Below, piece after piece: positions 38,517 to 47,529 of a stretch of DNA of 64,000 nt. The translations under genes were made by a program, and so were the position numbers. This DNA comes from Alphaproteobacteria bacterium GM202ARS2 (GTDB lineage Bacteria; Pseudomonadota; Alphaproteobacteria; GM7ARS4), in NCBI GenBank assembly GCA_014323835.1, contig JACONH010000001.1:27009-91008 (forward strand). Reading direction: 5' to 3'. Under the pieces are notes generated by a model, which did no database searches, was not told where the DNA came from, and saw only the letters and a program-made list of their open reading frames with translations. Each line of letters begins with the position of its first letter. Positions within the stretch are counted from its first letter, which is position 1.

Positions 38517-39572
38517 TCAGTTATTTTTGCCTTTATTCGTGGGTGGCTTGAACCTCTCACCAATACGTGGGCTTCCAACAAGGGGAGGAGCATCAGGCGG
38601 TCCACCACCAGGCAGGCTATCAGCAAGTAAGCCACGAACAGGTTGGGTCGAGCCACCTCTCAGTTGGGTAGCAATAAGGTCACCAGCAAGTGGGCTACCC
38701 GCAGCCGCAGGAAGGCTATCAGCAAGTAAACCACGAACAAGTTGGGTCGAGCCACCACTCAGTTGGGTATCAATGGTTGGGTCATCAAGAGGGCTATCAT
38801 AAACAGGTGTTTTGTTATCGGCACTCATGATTAAGTCAAGTGTAAGCAAGCAGTTTCTCTTGCTGGCATAGCCCTCGCTATGGACGATGACGGTGTTGCT
38901 CTTTTCATCTATTAAATCCCAACACCACTTACCCGAAATTTTAGGATAAACATCAAAAAACGTTCCAGGAGCAGATGCTTTTTTATCGCCGCTTATCAAC
39001 GATTGAAGACCCCGTGCGTGGCTTTCATCCTCATGAACAGGCGCACTTTGATTGGCATCGGTCACTAAGTCAAGAATTTGCAAGCAGTGCTCCTTATCTT
39101 TATACCCCCATTTGCTATTGGCAATGGCTTTACCTTGATCCGACATAAGTTTCCAGCGCCACTTTTTATCTGAATCTTGATACAGGTCAAAATACAAGCC
39201 CGCTCCCTCTGTCCCCGTCTTTTTTTTGCCACTTTCACGAAGAGGTGTTTTGTAACTGGTGTACTTCACGAATTTAATAGCATCAAAGCAGTCTTGCTTA
39301 TCCGTATACCCCTCGCCACGGGCAACAATAGCGCGATTAGCGTTTTTCAAGTCCCACTGCCACTTCCCTGCCTCTTCATAAACGAAAAAATAGACGCTCG
39401 TTTCTCTCGCACGAATAATTGTGCCGTCATGGGTATCCTGCACCAGTTGAACAGCACCCCGACACGCTTGCTCGCTTGTATAGCCCTCCTTATGGGCAAT
39501 CATTTCGCGGTCTTTATCGTGCAAGTCCCAACGCCACGCACCAAAAGAAGTAGAATAAACAGTAAAAAACAT
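38517..39572 (-). CDS. Protein with four tandem YegP/DUF1508 (UPF0339) domains and a C-terminal tandem 24-aa repeat
   Basis: Four copies of the G.W.W.L........A.SEGY.SK..C pattern (AWRWDLHDKDREMIAHKEGYTSEQACRGAV; KWQWDLKNANRAIVARGEGYTDKQDCFDAI; KWRWKLMSDQGKAIANSKWGYKDKEHCLQI; KWCWDLIDEKSNTVIVHSEGYASKRNCLLT). The C-terminus has QLSGGSTQLVRGLLADSLPAAAGSPLAGDLIAT / QLRGGSTQPVRGLLADSLPGG. Start chosen at the Met with an AGGAG ribosome-binding site (MFFTVYSTSFGAWRW...). The track ORF begins 70 codons upstream. Confidence 0.7.
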   Translation of the reverse strand: MFFTVYSTSFGAWRWDLHDKDREMIAHKEGYTSEQACRGAVQLVQDTHDGTIIRARETSVYFFVYEEAGKWQWDLKNANRAIVARGEGYTDKQDCFDAIKFVKYTSYKTPLRESGKKKTGTEGAGLYFDLYQDSDKKWRWKLMSDQGKAIANSKWGYKDKEHCLQILDLVTDANQSAPVHEDESHARGLQSLISGDKKASAPGTFFDVYPKISGKWCWDLIDEKSNTVIVHSEGYASKRNCLLTLDLIMSADNKTPVYDSPLDDPTIDTQLSGGSTQLVRGLLADSLPAAAGSPLAGDLIATQLRGGSTQPVRGLLADSLPGGGPPDAPPLVGSPRIGERFKPPTNKGKNN

Positions 39573-39648
39573 GATGACTCCTGTCTGTAAAAGATAAAGT
39601 TTAATACTTAAAGTATTACAACCTAAATAAAGCGGAGTCAAGAAAAAT

Positions 39649-40374
39649 TTATGGGTTACAGCAGGCTTGGGCAATGGCGTAAAAACGCTGTGCATCGAGG
39701 GATTGTCCGCCCACCAGCAAGCCGCGATAGATGCCGGAGGCGACAAAATCACGAGCATTTTTGTCTGTGACCGACCCGCCATACAAAAAAGTCGCTGGTT
39801 GATGGTTCAGGTGTGCGTTGACGGCTTGTGCTACGTCATCGATGTCTTGTGGTTGTGGCGTTGTGCCACTGCCGATAGCCCAAATGGGCTCGTAAGCCAT
39901 GACGTAGTTACCAGAGATGCCGTGAGTCGATTCCTGTGCTTGTTGTTTGAGGGCATCGAGGGCATGTCCGCTGTCTCTTTGTTTGCGTGTTTCGCCGATA
40001 CAGATAATCGGGCATAAGCCCTGTTTTTGTGCTTGCTGTGCTTTGCGAGCCACCTGTTCGTTGTTTTCGTGGTGAGCGGCGCGCCGTTCGCTATGTCCCA
40101 GCACGACAAAGCGACAATCCAAGTCCGCCAGTAACATCGCACTGGTATCGCCGGTATAAGCCCCCTCTTCCTCTGGGTGACAATCCTGTCCGCCCAGGGC
40201 GATGGTCTCATCGCAAAACGGACGCAAAATCTCGAGCAACGCAAAAGGCGGGCATAACACCATACGAGCAGCGGTCGGTTGTTGCTTGTGTAAATGCGTG
40301 AGCTGGCACACCCACTCGATGGCTTGGGCGCGGTTTTTGTGCATCTTCCAGTTGGCAACAATAAGCGGGCGCAT
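39649..40374 (-). CDS. tpiA: Triosephosphate isomerase
   Basis: MRPLIVANWKMHKN...QDCHPEEEGAYTGDTSA...GHSERR...IICIGE is a canonical TIM. Confidence 0.95.
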   Translation of the reverse strand: MRPLIVANWKMHKNRAQAIEWVCQLTHLHKQQPTAARMVLCPPFALLEILRPFCDETIALGGQDCHPEEEGAYTGDTSAMLLADLDCRFVVLGHSERRAAHHENNEQVARKAQQAQKQGLCPIICIGETRKQRDSGHALDALKQQAQESTHGISGNYVMAYEPIWAIGSGTTPQPQDIDDVAQAVNAHLNHQPATFLYGGSVTDKNARDFVASGIYRGLLVGGQSLDAQRFYAIAQACCNP

Positions 40375-40378
40375 AGTC

Positions 40379-41680
40379 TTATGGTGTAAGGGTTGGTGTA
40401 AGTGTCTTCTTGCCGTTCATGTAGGGCTGGAGCACCGAGGGTATCTCGATACTGCCGTCTTTGCGCTGATAGTTTTCCATGACGGCAATCAAGGCTCGTC
40501 CCACCGCGACCCCTGAACCATTGAGCGTATGGACGTAGAGATTTTTTGTCGATGCCGTATCCTTAAAGCGTGTTTTCATGCGCCGCGCCTGAAAGTCGAG
40601 GCACAAGGAACAGCTAGAGATTTCTCGATAGCACTGCTGGGCGGGTAGCCACACTTCGATATCGTAGGTTTTGGTCGCGGCGAATCCTGTGTCTCCTGCA
40701 CACAACAGGACGACTCGCCATGCCAGTCCGAGTTGTCGGAGCACTTCTTCGGCACAAGCGGTCATGCGTTGCCATTCGTCTTGGCTGTTTTGGGGATGGA
40801 CGATAGACACGAGTTCTACCTTGTCGAATTGGTGTTGCCGTAGCATGCCGCGGGTGTCTCGCCCCGCCGCACCCGCCTCAGAGCGAAAACACGGAGTCAA
40901 GGAGGTTAGACGCAACGGCAGAATCTTGTCCGTAACAACAGCGTTGTGGGCATAGTTGGTCAGTGGCACCTCTGCCGTTGGAATAAGCCACTGACCATTG
41001 TCTAAGCGATAGAGCTCCTCTCTGAATTTAGGCAGTTGCCCCGTGCCCTGCATCACCGCGTCATTGACGATAAAGGGCGGGATGACTTCTTGATAGCCGT
41101 GCTGTTGCGTATGCAGGTCAAGCATGAATTGTCCCAGAGCCCGATGTAGGTGCGCGACAGAGCCTTGTAGCCACGTAAAACGGCTCCCTGCCAGCTGCGC
41201 GCCTTTTTGGCTATCGATGCCACGGGCAAGGGCTTCACCAAGCTCAGCATGATCAATCGGCGTAAAATCAAAGGAAGGCAACGTGCCCTCCTCTCGTATG
41301 ACGACATTGTCATGCTCATCACGTCCTGTTGGCACATCATCCGCAAGAACATTGGGTATCGTCAACATCAACTGGTGCAGCTGGTCTTGCAGCTGTTGTG
41401 CTTGTTTTTCGCTTTCGGCAAGCAACGTTTTAATTGCATCGATGCGAGCAAGCAGTTCCGCTGGCGGCGTTTTGCCCGCTTGTTTGGCGACACCAATCTG
41501 GCTCGACAGGGTCTTGCGTTCATTTTGGGCTCCCTGCTGTTTATGCAACAAGGCACGATGCTCTTTGTCGAGGGGAAGGAGAACGTGCGAGCCCACCTGC
41601 TGGCACAAAGACGGGTCACGGCGAGCAAGAGCCTTGTCGTAGTCTTGCGGGTGATCGCGAATCCACTGGAGGTCGAGCAT
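40379..41680 (-). CDS. serS: Serine--tRNA ligase
   Basis: MLDLQWIRDHPQDYDKALARRD coiled-coil N-terminus and class II core ...FRSEAGAAGRDTRGMLRQHQFDKVE... Confidence 0.95.
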   Translation of the reverse strand: MLDLQWIRDHPQDYDKALARRDPSLCQQVGSHVLLPLDKEHRALLHKQQGAQNERKTLSSQIGVAKQAGKTPPAELLARIDAIKTLLAESEKQAQQLQDQLHQLMLTIPNVLADDVPTGRDEHDNVVIREEGTLPSFDFTPIDHAELGEALARGIDSQKGAQLAGSRFTWLQGSVAHLHRALGQFMLDLHTQQHGYQEVIPPFIVNDAVMQGTGQLPKFREELYRLDNGQWLIPTAEVPLTNYAHNAVVTDKILPLRLTSLTPCFRSEAGAAGRDTRGMLRQHQFDKVELVSIVHPQNSQDEWQRMTACAEEVLRQLGLAWRVVLLCAGDTGFAATKTYDIEVWLPAQQCYREISSCSLCLDFQARRMKTRFKDTASTKNLYVHTLNGSGVAVGRALIAVMENYQRKDGSIEIPSVLQPYMNGKKTLTPTLTP

Positions 41681-41696
41681 CGTTGTCGTCTGCTGG

Positions 41697-42470
41697 CTAT
41701 CCTCGACGAGACCGCCAAGGGCTAATAATCAGGATAGATATTTCGTAAAGAACCAGCAGAGGGATGGCAAGAAGTATTTGACTGATAATATCGGGCGGCG
41801 TCAGCACCGCCGCAGCGATAAAGGCAACGATGATGGCGTAGCGTCTTTTTTGTCGTAGCCACGCAGCATCGATGAAGCCTGCGCGCGCACACAACGCCAG
41901 CAACACGGGCAACAAGAAGGCACAGCCAAAAGCAAAGAGCAACGTCATCGTCAGACTGAGGTACTCGTTGACTTTGGCTTCCAGCCGTATGGGCAGCGTT
42001 CCATCGCTTACGGGACTCTGGAAGTCGATGAAGAACGCCCATGCTAGGGGCAACACGACTGTATAGGCAAACATGACACCGCCGAGAAACAGAAACGGCG
42101 TCAGCCACAAGAACGGCAGAAAGGCTTTTCTTTCTCGTTGATAGAGCCCCGGGGCAATGAAAAGCCACAGCTGGTTCATCCATACCGGGAAAGATAGAAT
42201 CAGCGCGGCAAAAAACGCGCTTTTGACGTGAGTCAAAAACACTTCGGGCAGTGCCGTAAAAATCATGCCGGGTTTGATGTCAGCACGACTCAAAGCATCA
42301 TCGAGGGGGGCAGCGAGAAACTGATAAAGGGCGTCAGCATAGACAAAACAAACGGCAAAGCACGCCACAAAAACAACCAGCCCCCGCACAAGACGCACTT
42401 TTAATTCGCGCACATGGCCCGTAAGGGGCTGATGAATCTGGCGTGCCTCATGGTCGTGCTTTTTTGTCAT
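41697..42470 (-). CDS. tatC: Twin-arginine translocase subunit TatC
   Basis: Six-TM protein. ...LTGHVRELKVRL... and FIAPGLY motifs. Confidence 0.9.
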   Translation of the reverse strand: MTKKHDHEARQIHQPLTGHVRELKVRLVRGLVVFVACFAVCFVYADALYQFLAAPLDDALSRADIKPGMIFTALPEVFLTHVKSAFFAALILSFPVWMNQLWLFIAPGLYQRERKAFLPFLWLTPFLFLGGVMFAYTVVLPLAWAFFIDFQSPVSDGTLPIRLEAKVNEYLSLTMTLLFAFGCAFLLPVLLALCARAGFIDAAWLRQKRRYAIIVAFIAAAVLTPPDIISQILLAIPLLVLYEISILIISPWRSRRG

Positions 42471-42711
42471 TGTTTCGAGGCTTATACGGGGTTTTCGGCT
42501 GGGTTTTCGCCTGTTTCTTGGTTTCGGCTTGGACGTGCTCTTCGTTTTCTATGGCAAAATTGATTTGTTGCTGCCAGTTATCGATGGTGTAACGCAGACG
42601 ACCAAAGGCACGCGCCGTCGAGGCGACCAGCGAAGGAAAATCCTTAGCAGGAACGCTGATAAGAGCAATAATAGCAATCAGCAACAGCTCCCATCCGCCA
42701 ATATCGAACAT
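42448..42711 (-). CDS. tatB: Twin-arginine translocase subunit TatB
   Basis: MFDIGGWELLLIAIIALISVPAKDFPSL, a TatA/B-family N-terminus with a longer charged tail. Confidence 0.8.
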   Translation of the reverse strand: MFDIGGWELLLIAIIALISVPAKDFPSLVASTARAFGRLRYTIDNWQQQINFAIENEEHVQAETKKQAKTQPKTPYKPRNNDKKARP

Positions 42712-42720
42712 GGTGCCCTC

Positions 42721-42906
42721 TTACTTCTTTTTGGTGACTTTGCGTGGCGGCTTTTTTTCTTCTGAGTCGCCACTGTCGTTCAATCCTTCTCGGAAGCTAC
42801 GGATGCCTGTTGCCAGGTCACGCATAATCTGGGGCAGACGGCGCGCACCAAAAAGTAAAAAAATCAAGCCAAGAATAAGAATAATCTGCCAGGGTCCAAT
42901 GCTCAT
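42721..42906 (-). CDS. tatA: Twin-arginine translocase subunit TatA
   Basis: MSIGPWQIILILGLIFLLFGARRLPQIMRDLATGIRSFREGL. The start overlaps the scpB stop. Confidence 0.85.
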   Translation of the reverse strand: MSIGPWQIILILGLIFLLFGARRLPQIMRDLATGIRSFREGLNDSGDSEEKKPPRKVTKKK

Positions 42907-43538
42907 GACGGGGTCTCCTTTGAGGGGGGGGAGGGGGGCGAGGAGGGGGGGGGAGTCGGGTCGGCGACGGGAGCTTGGGCCTCAAACGGAAGCTCGTTGT
43001 CATCAGCAGGTTGATGCGATAGGGACATCAACGTTGCTAACTCATCGAAGCCGGGTAAATCTCTTGGTGAGCCCAGACCAAAGTGGTCGAGAAAGGACGT
43101 TGTGGTGACGAACATCAGAGGACGACCGGGGGTATTGCGTCGTCCTTTTGCGGTCATCCAGCCGAGCTTCATCAGCAGCTCTAAGGTATGGGGTGCGACG
43201 CGGGTGCCGCGGATGGCTTCGATATCGTGCCGAGTCACCGGTTGGTGATAGGCACAGATAGCCAGAGTCTCAAGGGCTGCCTTTGATAGTCCACGTTTGG
43301 GCTTGCGTAGAGCCGTCAAGGAACAAGACAGTTCTGTTGGCGTGCGCATCGCCCACTTATTGCCTTCGACGCACACCAGACGGATACCGCGGTCTTTGTA
43401 GTGTTCTTCTAGGGTTGCGAGGAGTTTGCGGACATCCGCGCTGCCGAGCCATTGTTGCAACGTGGATTCGGCAATCGGCGTGTCGTTGGCAAAAAGAATC
43501 GCTTCTAACTTCTGTAGGGGAGAAAACTGGGTCGTCAT
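42903..43538 (-). CDS. scpB: Segregation and condensation protein B, with a Pro/Ser-rich C-terminal tail
   Basis: ScpB winged-helix pattern ...LEAILFANDTPIAESTLQQ...LVCVEGNKWAMRT... The tail is ...VADPTPPPSSPPSPPSKETPS and is encoded across poly-G/C tracts. Confidence 0.88.
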   Translation of the reverse strand: MTTQFSPLQKLEAILFANDTPIAESTLQQWLGSADVRKLLATLEEHYKDRGIRLVCVEGNKWAMRTPTELSCSLTALRKPKRGLSKAALETLAICAYHQPVTRHDIEAIRGTRVAPHTLELLMKLGWMTAKGRRNTPGRPLMFVTTTSFLDHFGLGSPRDLPGFDELATLMSLSHQPADDNELPFEAQAPVADPTPPPSSPPSPPSKETPS

Positions 43539-43541
43539 GGC

Positions 43542-44342
43542 TCAAGCGTGTTTAATCGTGATGTCGTTTAAGTCATCTGTTTGCTGAATCGATAGAACGC
43601 CCTGCCTGCTGAGTTCGAGACAGGCATTAAACAGGATGATGATACGCATTTTCACAGAGACACTATCATCGATAGCCAGTTGGGGCAAAAGCGCGCTCAT
43701 TTTTTTTTCTCCTCGTTGCCGCGTCATATAGGTGCGGATGTCCTTGCAGGCATCATGGACGGTATAGCGGGGCATGGTTATGGTCAAGGGTTGTCCTTTG
43801 TCGGCTTGTGTTATATTGCGGCGGTAGGCTGCTAACAGGTCATAGAGGCTTATATCGATGAGCGATGCGGTTAAGCCGCTGGTGTCGTCCGTTGTCTCAT
43901 CCACGAGACCATAGGTGCCGCGAGCAAAGAAGTCGTGTCCTTTTTGTGGTAAATGGGCAATAAGACGCGCCCGCTCTTGAATCACGGCATAATGGTGTAG
44001 GCGCTGGCGTAAAATCTCTTCTTGTTGATAGGCAGGTAGCGGGTCTTTTTCTTGTTCTTCTTTCGGCAGAAGCAAACGAGATTTCAGCCACGTAAGCCAT
44101 GCTGCCATCAAAAGATAATCGCTGGCAATGGTCAAATTAAGGCGTTTGCGTTCTCGAATGAACGATAAATACTGGTCTGCCAGCACAGTCATGGGAACGT
44201 GCAGGACATCGAGCTTTTTTTCTCGAGCAAGATTCAGCAAAGCCTCTATGGGCCCTGTGTAAACATCGAGGTCAACGACAAAAGGCTGTCCTTCGTAGCC
44301 TTCGTTGACGATGGGTGGCGGCTCGTCTGGTAGCAAGGTCAT
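43542..44342 (-). CDS. scpA: Segregation and condensation protein A
   Basis: ...FVVDLDVYTGPIEALLNLAREKKLDVLHVPMTVLADQYLSFI is the ScpA family. It lies upstream of scpB-tatABC-serS, as conserved in alphaproteobacteria. Confidence 0.88.
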   Translation of the reverse strand: MTLLPDEPPPIVNEGYEGQPFVVDLDVYTGPIEALLNLAREKKLDVLHVPMTVLADQYLSFIRERKRLNLTIASDYLLMAAWLTWLKSRLLLPKEEQEKDPLPAYQQEEILRQRLHHYAVIQERARLIAHLPQKGHDFFARGTYGLVDETTDDTSGLTASLIDISLYDLLAAYRRNITQADKGQPLTITMPRYTVHDACKDIRTYMTRQRGEKKMSALLPQLAIDDSVSVKMRIIILFNACLELSRQGVLSIQQTDDLNDITIKHA

Positions 44343-44430
44343 CGTGTTGCAGTTGTTGCGTCCCCTATTTCAGTGTAACGTGGTTGGCGTATCAGTGCAA
44401 ATTCTGTTGTAACCTGACGGAGACACAATC

Positions 44431-45318
44431 ATGTCGTTACGTATTGCTTTTATGGGGTTGGGGCGTATGGGTTTTCCTATGGCGGGTCATCTGGCGGCAA
44501 AAGGCTATCCGGTTGTTGTCTATAACCGCACCGCTGACAGAGCAGAAGCGTGGCTGGAAAGCTATCGCACGCATAACGTTGAAAGAGCCGAAACACCGCA
44601 AGCATGCGTGCAAGACTGTGCCGCGGTGTTCTGTTGTCTCGGTAACGATGACGATGTTGCCGACGTGCTGTTGGGCGAGCACGGGGTGCTTGCTTCTATG
44701 GAAAAAGGAGGTCTACTTATCGACCACACCACAACCTCAGCTCAGTTGGCGCGCCGTGTCTACGAGCAAGCTCACCAACGTGGCGTTGCTTTTTTGGATG
44801 CACCGCTTTCTGGCGGCGAAAAAGGGGCTATCGATGGCAAACTCGCTATTATGGTGGGGGGCGAGGAACAGGCTTATGCCCGGGCGGTGCCTATCATGCA
44901 GGCGTATGCGAGTCGTATCAGTCATATTGGCGCGAGTGGTAGCGGGCAGTTGGCTAAAATGGTCAATCAAATCTGTGTGGCGGGTGTCTTACAAGGTTTA
45001 AGTGAAGGTATCGCCTTCGCTGAAGCTGCTGGAGTCGACCACAAACGAGTCTTCGATGTTGTCGCACAGGGCGCGGCGGCATCGTGGCAGATGAGCAACC
45101 GCCACGAGACAATGGCACAACGCTCCTTCGATTTCGGATTCAAGGTAGACTGGATGGTGAAAGACTTGCAGTATTGCCTTGACGAATCGCAACGCTGTGG
45201 GTGTCCCCTTCCCTTGACTCGCTTTTTGCATGCCTGTTACCAAGAGCTGCAACAGAACGGACACAGTGCCAGCGATACGTCTAGTCTCATTACGTTGCTA
45301 CGTCGCGACTCATCCTGA
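44431..45318 (+). CDS. NAD(P)-dependent oxidoreductase of the 3-hydroxyisobutyrate / 2-hydroxy-3-oxopropionate reductase family
   Basis: MSLRIAFMGLGRMGFPMAGHLAAKGYPVVVYNRT Rossmann N-terminus. ...GASGSGQLAKMVNQ... Confidence 0.85.
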   Translation: MSLRIAFMGLGRMGFPMAGHLAAKGYPVVVYNRTADRAEAWLESYRTHNVERAETPQACVQDCAAVFCCLGNDDDVADVLLGEHGVLASMEKGGLLIDHTTTSAQLARRVYEQAHQRGVAFLDAPLSGGEKGAIDGKLAIMVGGEEQAYARAVPIMQAYASRISHIGASGSGQLAKMVNQICVAGVLQGLSEGIAFAEAAGVDHKRVFDVVAQGAAASWQMSNRHETMAQRSFDFGFKVDWMVKDLQYCLDESQRCGCPLPLTRFLHACYQELQQNGHSASDTSSLITLLRRDSS

Positions 45319-46606
45319 GGTCGGGAAAAAGCTTACAGAAACGCTGTTTGTCGGCAGGGCTCAGATGCAAGGTAAAAGATGCACCCTCGCCTTCTTGCTG
45401 GTGCGTCACGTGGTGGGCGTGCTTATAAAGCCATGATGCAGCGGGGGCGTGATAGGACTTCATCGTTACTCGGTAACGTCGGTGGCGTGTCGCCAGCATG
45501 GCTGACAAGTGACGATAGAGCTTTTGGCAGGCGTCAGGGTCTAAAGCCGATAGGCTGAGGACGGGGCGTCTATGGGCGTAGCCGTTACATTCTTGTTCGA
45601 TGGTGCGTGCCAGAGACGCAGGCACAAGGTCGATTTTATTGAGCACCTCGATATAGCGTAACGGGTTGCTCATGGTTTCTTCCAATCCCATAGAGGTAAG
45701 CACCTGTTCCACAGCAATACGCTGATGGGCACCAGCGGTGCAGTCACGCACATGCACGATAATGTCGGCACGTTTGACATCTTCTAAGGTTGCTTCGAAG
45801 GCAGCAATCAGGTGGGTTGGCAGGTGCGAGATAAATCCGACTGTGTCGGTTAAGATAATTTTTTGTGTCGGGTGGCTATCATGGATCGCGCGCATGGTGG
45901 GGTCGAGAGTCGCGAACATTTGGTCTTTGACGAGGACGTGGGCTTTCGTTAAAGCACGAAAAAGAGTCGATTTACCGGCATTGGTATATCCGACGAGGAC
46001 GACGTGGGGCAGATTGGCACGTCCTTTGCGTTGCACGCGACGTGTGCGTTGAATGGCTTTGAGACGAGTCTTGACTCGTGTTAGTTCCTGTTGAATTTGT
46101 CGTTTGTCGCTTTCTCTTTGGTGCTCGCCGGGGCCCGCAAGGGCACGTGTGCCGCCAGTGCCGCCGCGTTGGCGTTCCAGATGTGTCCATGTCCGCACCA
46201 AACGGCTTTTTTGATAGGTCAGTTCCGCCATACGCACCTGCAAACGCCCCTCAAAACTGCGGGCATGGTCGGCAAAAATATGCAGAATAAGGGCTGTGCG
46301 TTCCAAAACTTTACAATGCCACAAACGCTCGAGATTGCGGTGCTGTATCGGCGAAAGAGACTCATTGACGCAAACAATATCGATGTGCTTGGCACGCACC
46401 AGACTGCCTAAGGTGCGACACCATCCTGAAGTAAAAAATGTAGACGGACGCACGTTTCTGATAGGAACAAGGGCTTTGTGGCTTATGTGACAATCAAAAG
46501 CTTGTGCAAGAGAAACCGCTTCTTGTAGAAGACAGGCGGACGAGGCTTGCAATGGGTCATGCCCGTTAAGACTATGGGGCTGTTTGATGACGGGATGAAT
46601 TACCAT
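45290..46606 (-). CDS. hflX: GTPase HflX
   Basis: G-domain VVLVGYTNAGKSTLFRALT...DTVGFI... with an HflX N-terminal domain. Start chosen at the Met that avoids overlap with the upstream aminotransferase gene. The track ORF extends to 46729. Confidence 0.85.
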   Translation of the reverse strand: MVIHPVIKQPHSLNGHDPLQASSACLLQEAVSLAQAFDCHISHKALVPIRNVRPSTFFTSGWCRTLGSLVRAKHIDIVCVNESLSPIQHRNLERLWHCKVLERTALILHIFADHARSFEGRLQVRMAELTYQKSRLVRTWTHLERQRGGTGGTRALAGPGEHQRESDKRQIQQELTRVKTRLKAIQRTRRVQRKGRANLPHVVLVGYTNAGKSTLFRALTKAHVLVKDQMFATLDPTMRAIHDSHPTQKIILTDTVGFISHLPTHLIAAFEATLEDVKRADIIVHVRDCTAGAHQRIAVEQVLTSMGLEETMSNPLRYIEVLNKIDLVPASLARTIEQECNGYAHRRPVLSLSALDPDACQKLYRHLSAMLATRHRRYRVTMKSYHAPAASWLYKHAHHVTHQQEGEGASFTLHLSPADKQRFCKLFPDLRMSRDVAT

Positions 46607-46649
46607 CGCACTAAGAGGGGCCTTGGGAGGGGCTTTCAGGCGGGAATTG

Positions 46650-47528
46650 TCAGGCATGAGAGTCAGGCGAGGAGGAGGAAGGATAACAGTGGTGCAAGTA
46701 GGCATCAAAAAGACGTTGAGTCGTCTCACCGACTTTGCCGTTGCCGACGGCTACGTCATCGATGTGGCTGACTGGCGAGACAAACAGCGTGGTGCTGGTG
46801 AGAAAGACTTCTCGGGCGTTGCGTAGGGCATCGAGGGTAAAGGCTTGTTCTTGCACGGGCAGTTTGTGGCGTTGACACAGCTTCAGCAAGGTCTGGCGGG
46901 CGACTCCGTGGAGGATGCGATTGTCGGCGGGGTGTGTGCAGAGTGTGCCGTTGTGTGTAACCATCCATGCGTTGCAGGATGCGCCTTCGGTGATGGCTTG
47001 TGTGTCTTTATCGAAGAACCATGCTTCGTGCGCGCCTTGTTGTTGGGCTTGTTGTTTGCTGAGGACGGCTTTAATCAGTGCCGTTGATTTAATGTCGCAA
47101 TGCCGCCAGCGTTCATCGGGCAAGGTTATGACCTTGAGAGGTTGGCATTGTGGTGGTGGTGCGTGGTGGGCACTAATCATCAGCGCGGGACGACCACCCT
47201 TCTCTGTAGTCGTGATACGGTGGTCACGGGTATACGAGTGTTTGCGGTTGATTTGCAGATAAACGAAGCCGTTGTTGAGGTTATTTTTGCGGATGACCTC
47301 AAAAATAAGGGTGCGTAAAACAGCAGGAGACCAGGGTATCGACAGGGATACAGCAGCAAGAGAGCTGAGCAAGCGGGTATGATGGTCTTGCCAGTCCACG
47401 AGGGCGCGGTTGGCGACCCAGATAACTTCATAGATGCCATCGGCAAAAAGATGGGCTCTATCGAAGACGGACGTCTGTGCCTGATGACGAGGCAGATAGC
47501 GTCCGTTGCTATAGACGATGCTTGCCAT
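46650..47528 (-). CDS. Class IV aminotransferase (D-amino-acid / branched-chain aminotransferase-like)
   Basis: MASIVYSNGRYLPRHQAQTSVFDRAHLFADGIYEVIWV...EAWFFD... is a fold-type IV PLP enzyme. Confidence 0.82.
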   Translation of the reverse strand: MASIVYSNGRYLPRHQAQTSVFDRAHLFADGIYEVIWVANRALVDWQDHHTRLLSSLAAVSLSIPWSPAVLRTLIFEVIRKNNLNNGFVYLQINRKHSYTRDHRITTTEKGGRPALMISAHHAPPPQCQPLKVITLPDERWRHCDIKSTALIKAVLSKQQAQQQGAHEAWFFDKDTQAITEGASCNAWMVTHNGTLCTHPADNRILHGVARQTLLKLCQRHKLPVQEQAFTLDALRNAREVFLTSTTLFVSPVSHIDDVAVGNGKVGETTQRLFDAYLHHCYPSSSSPDSHA

Positions 47529-47529
47529 A

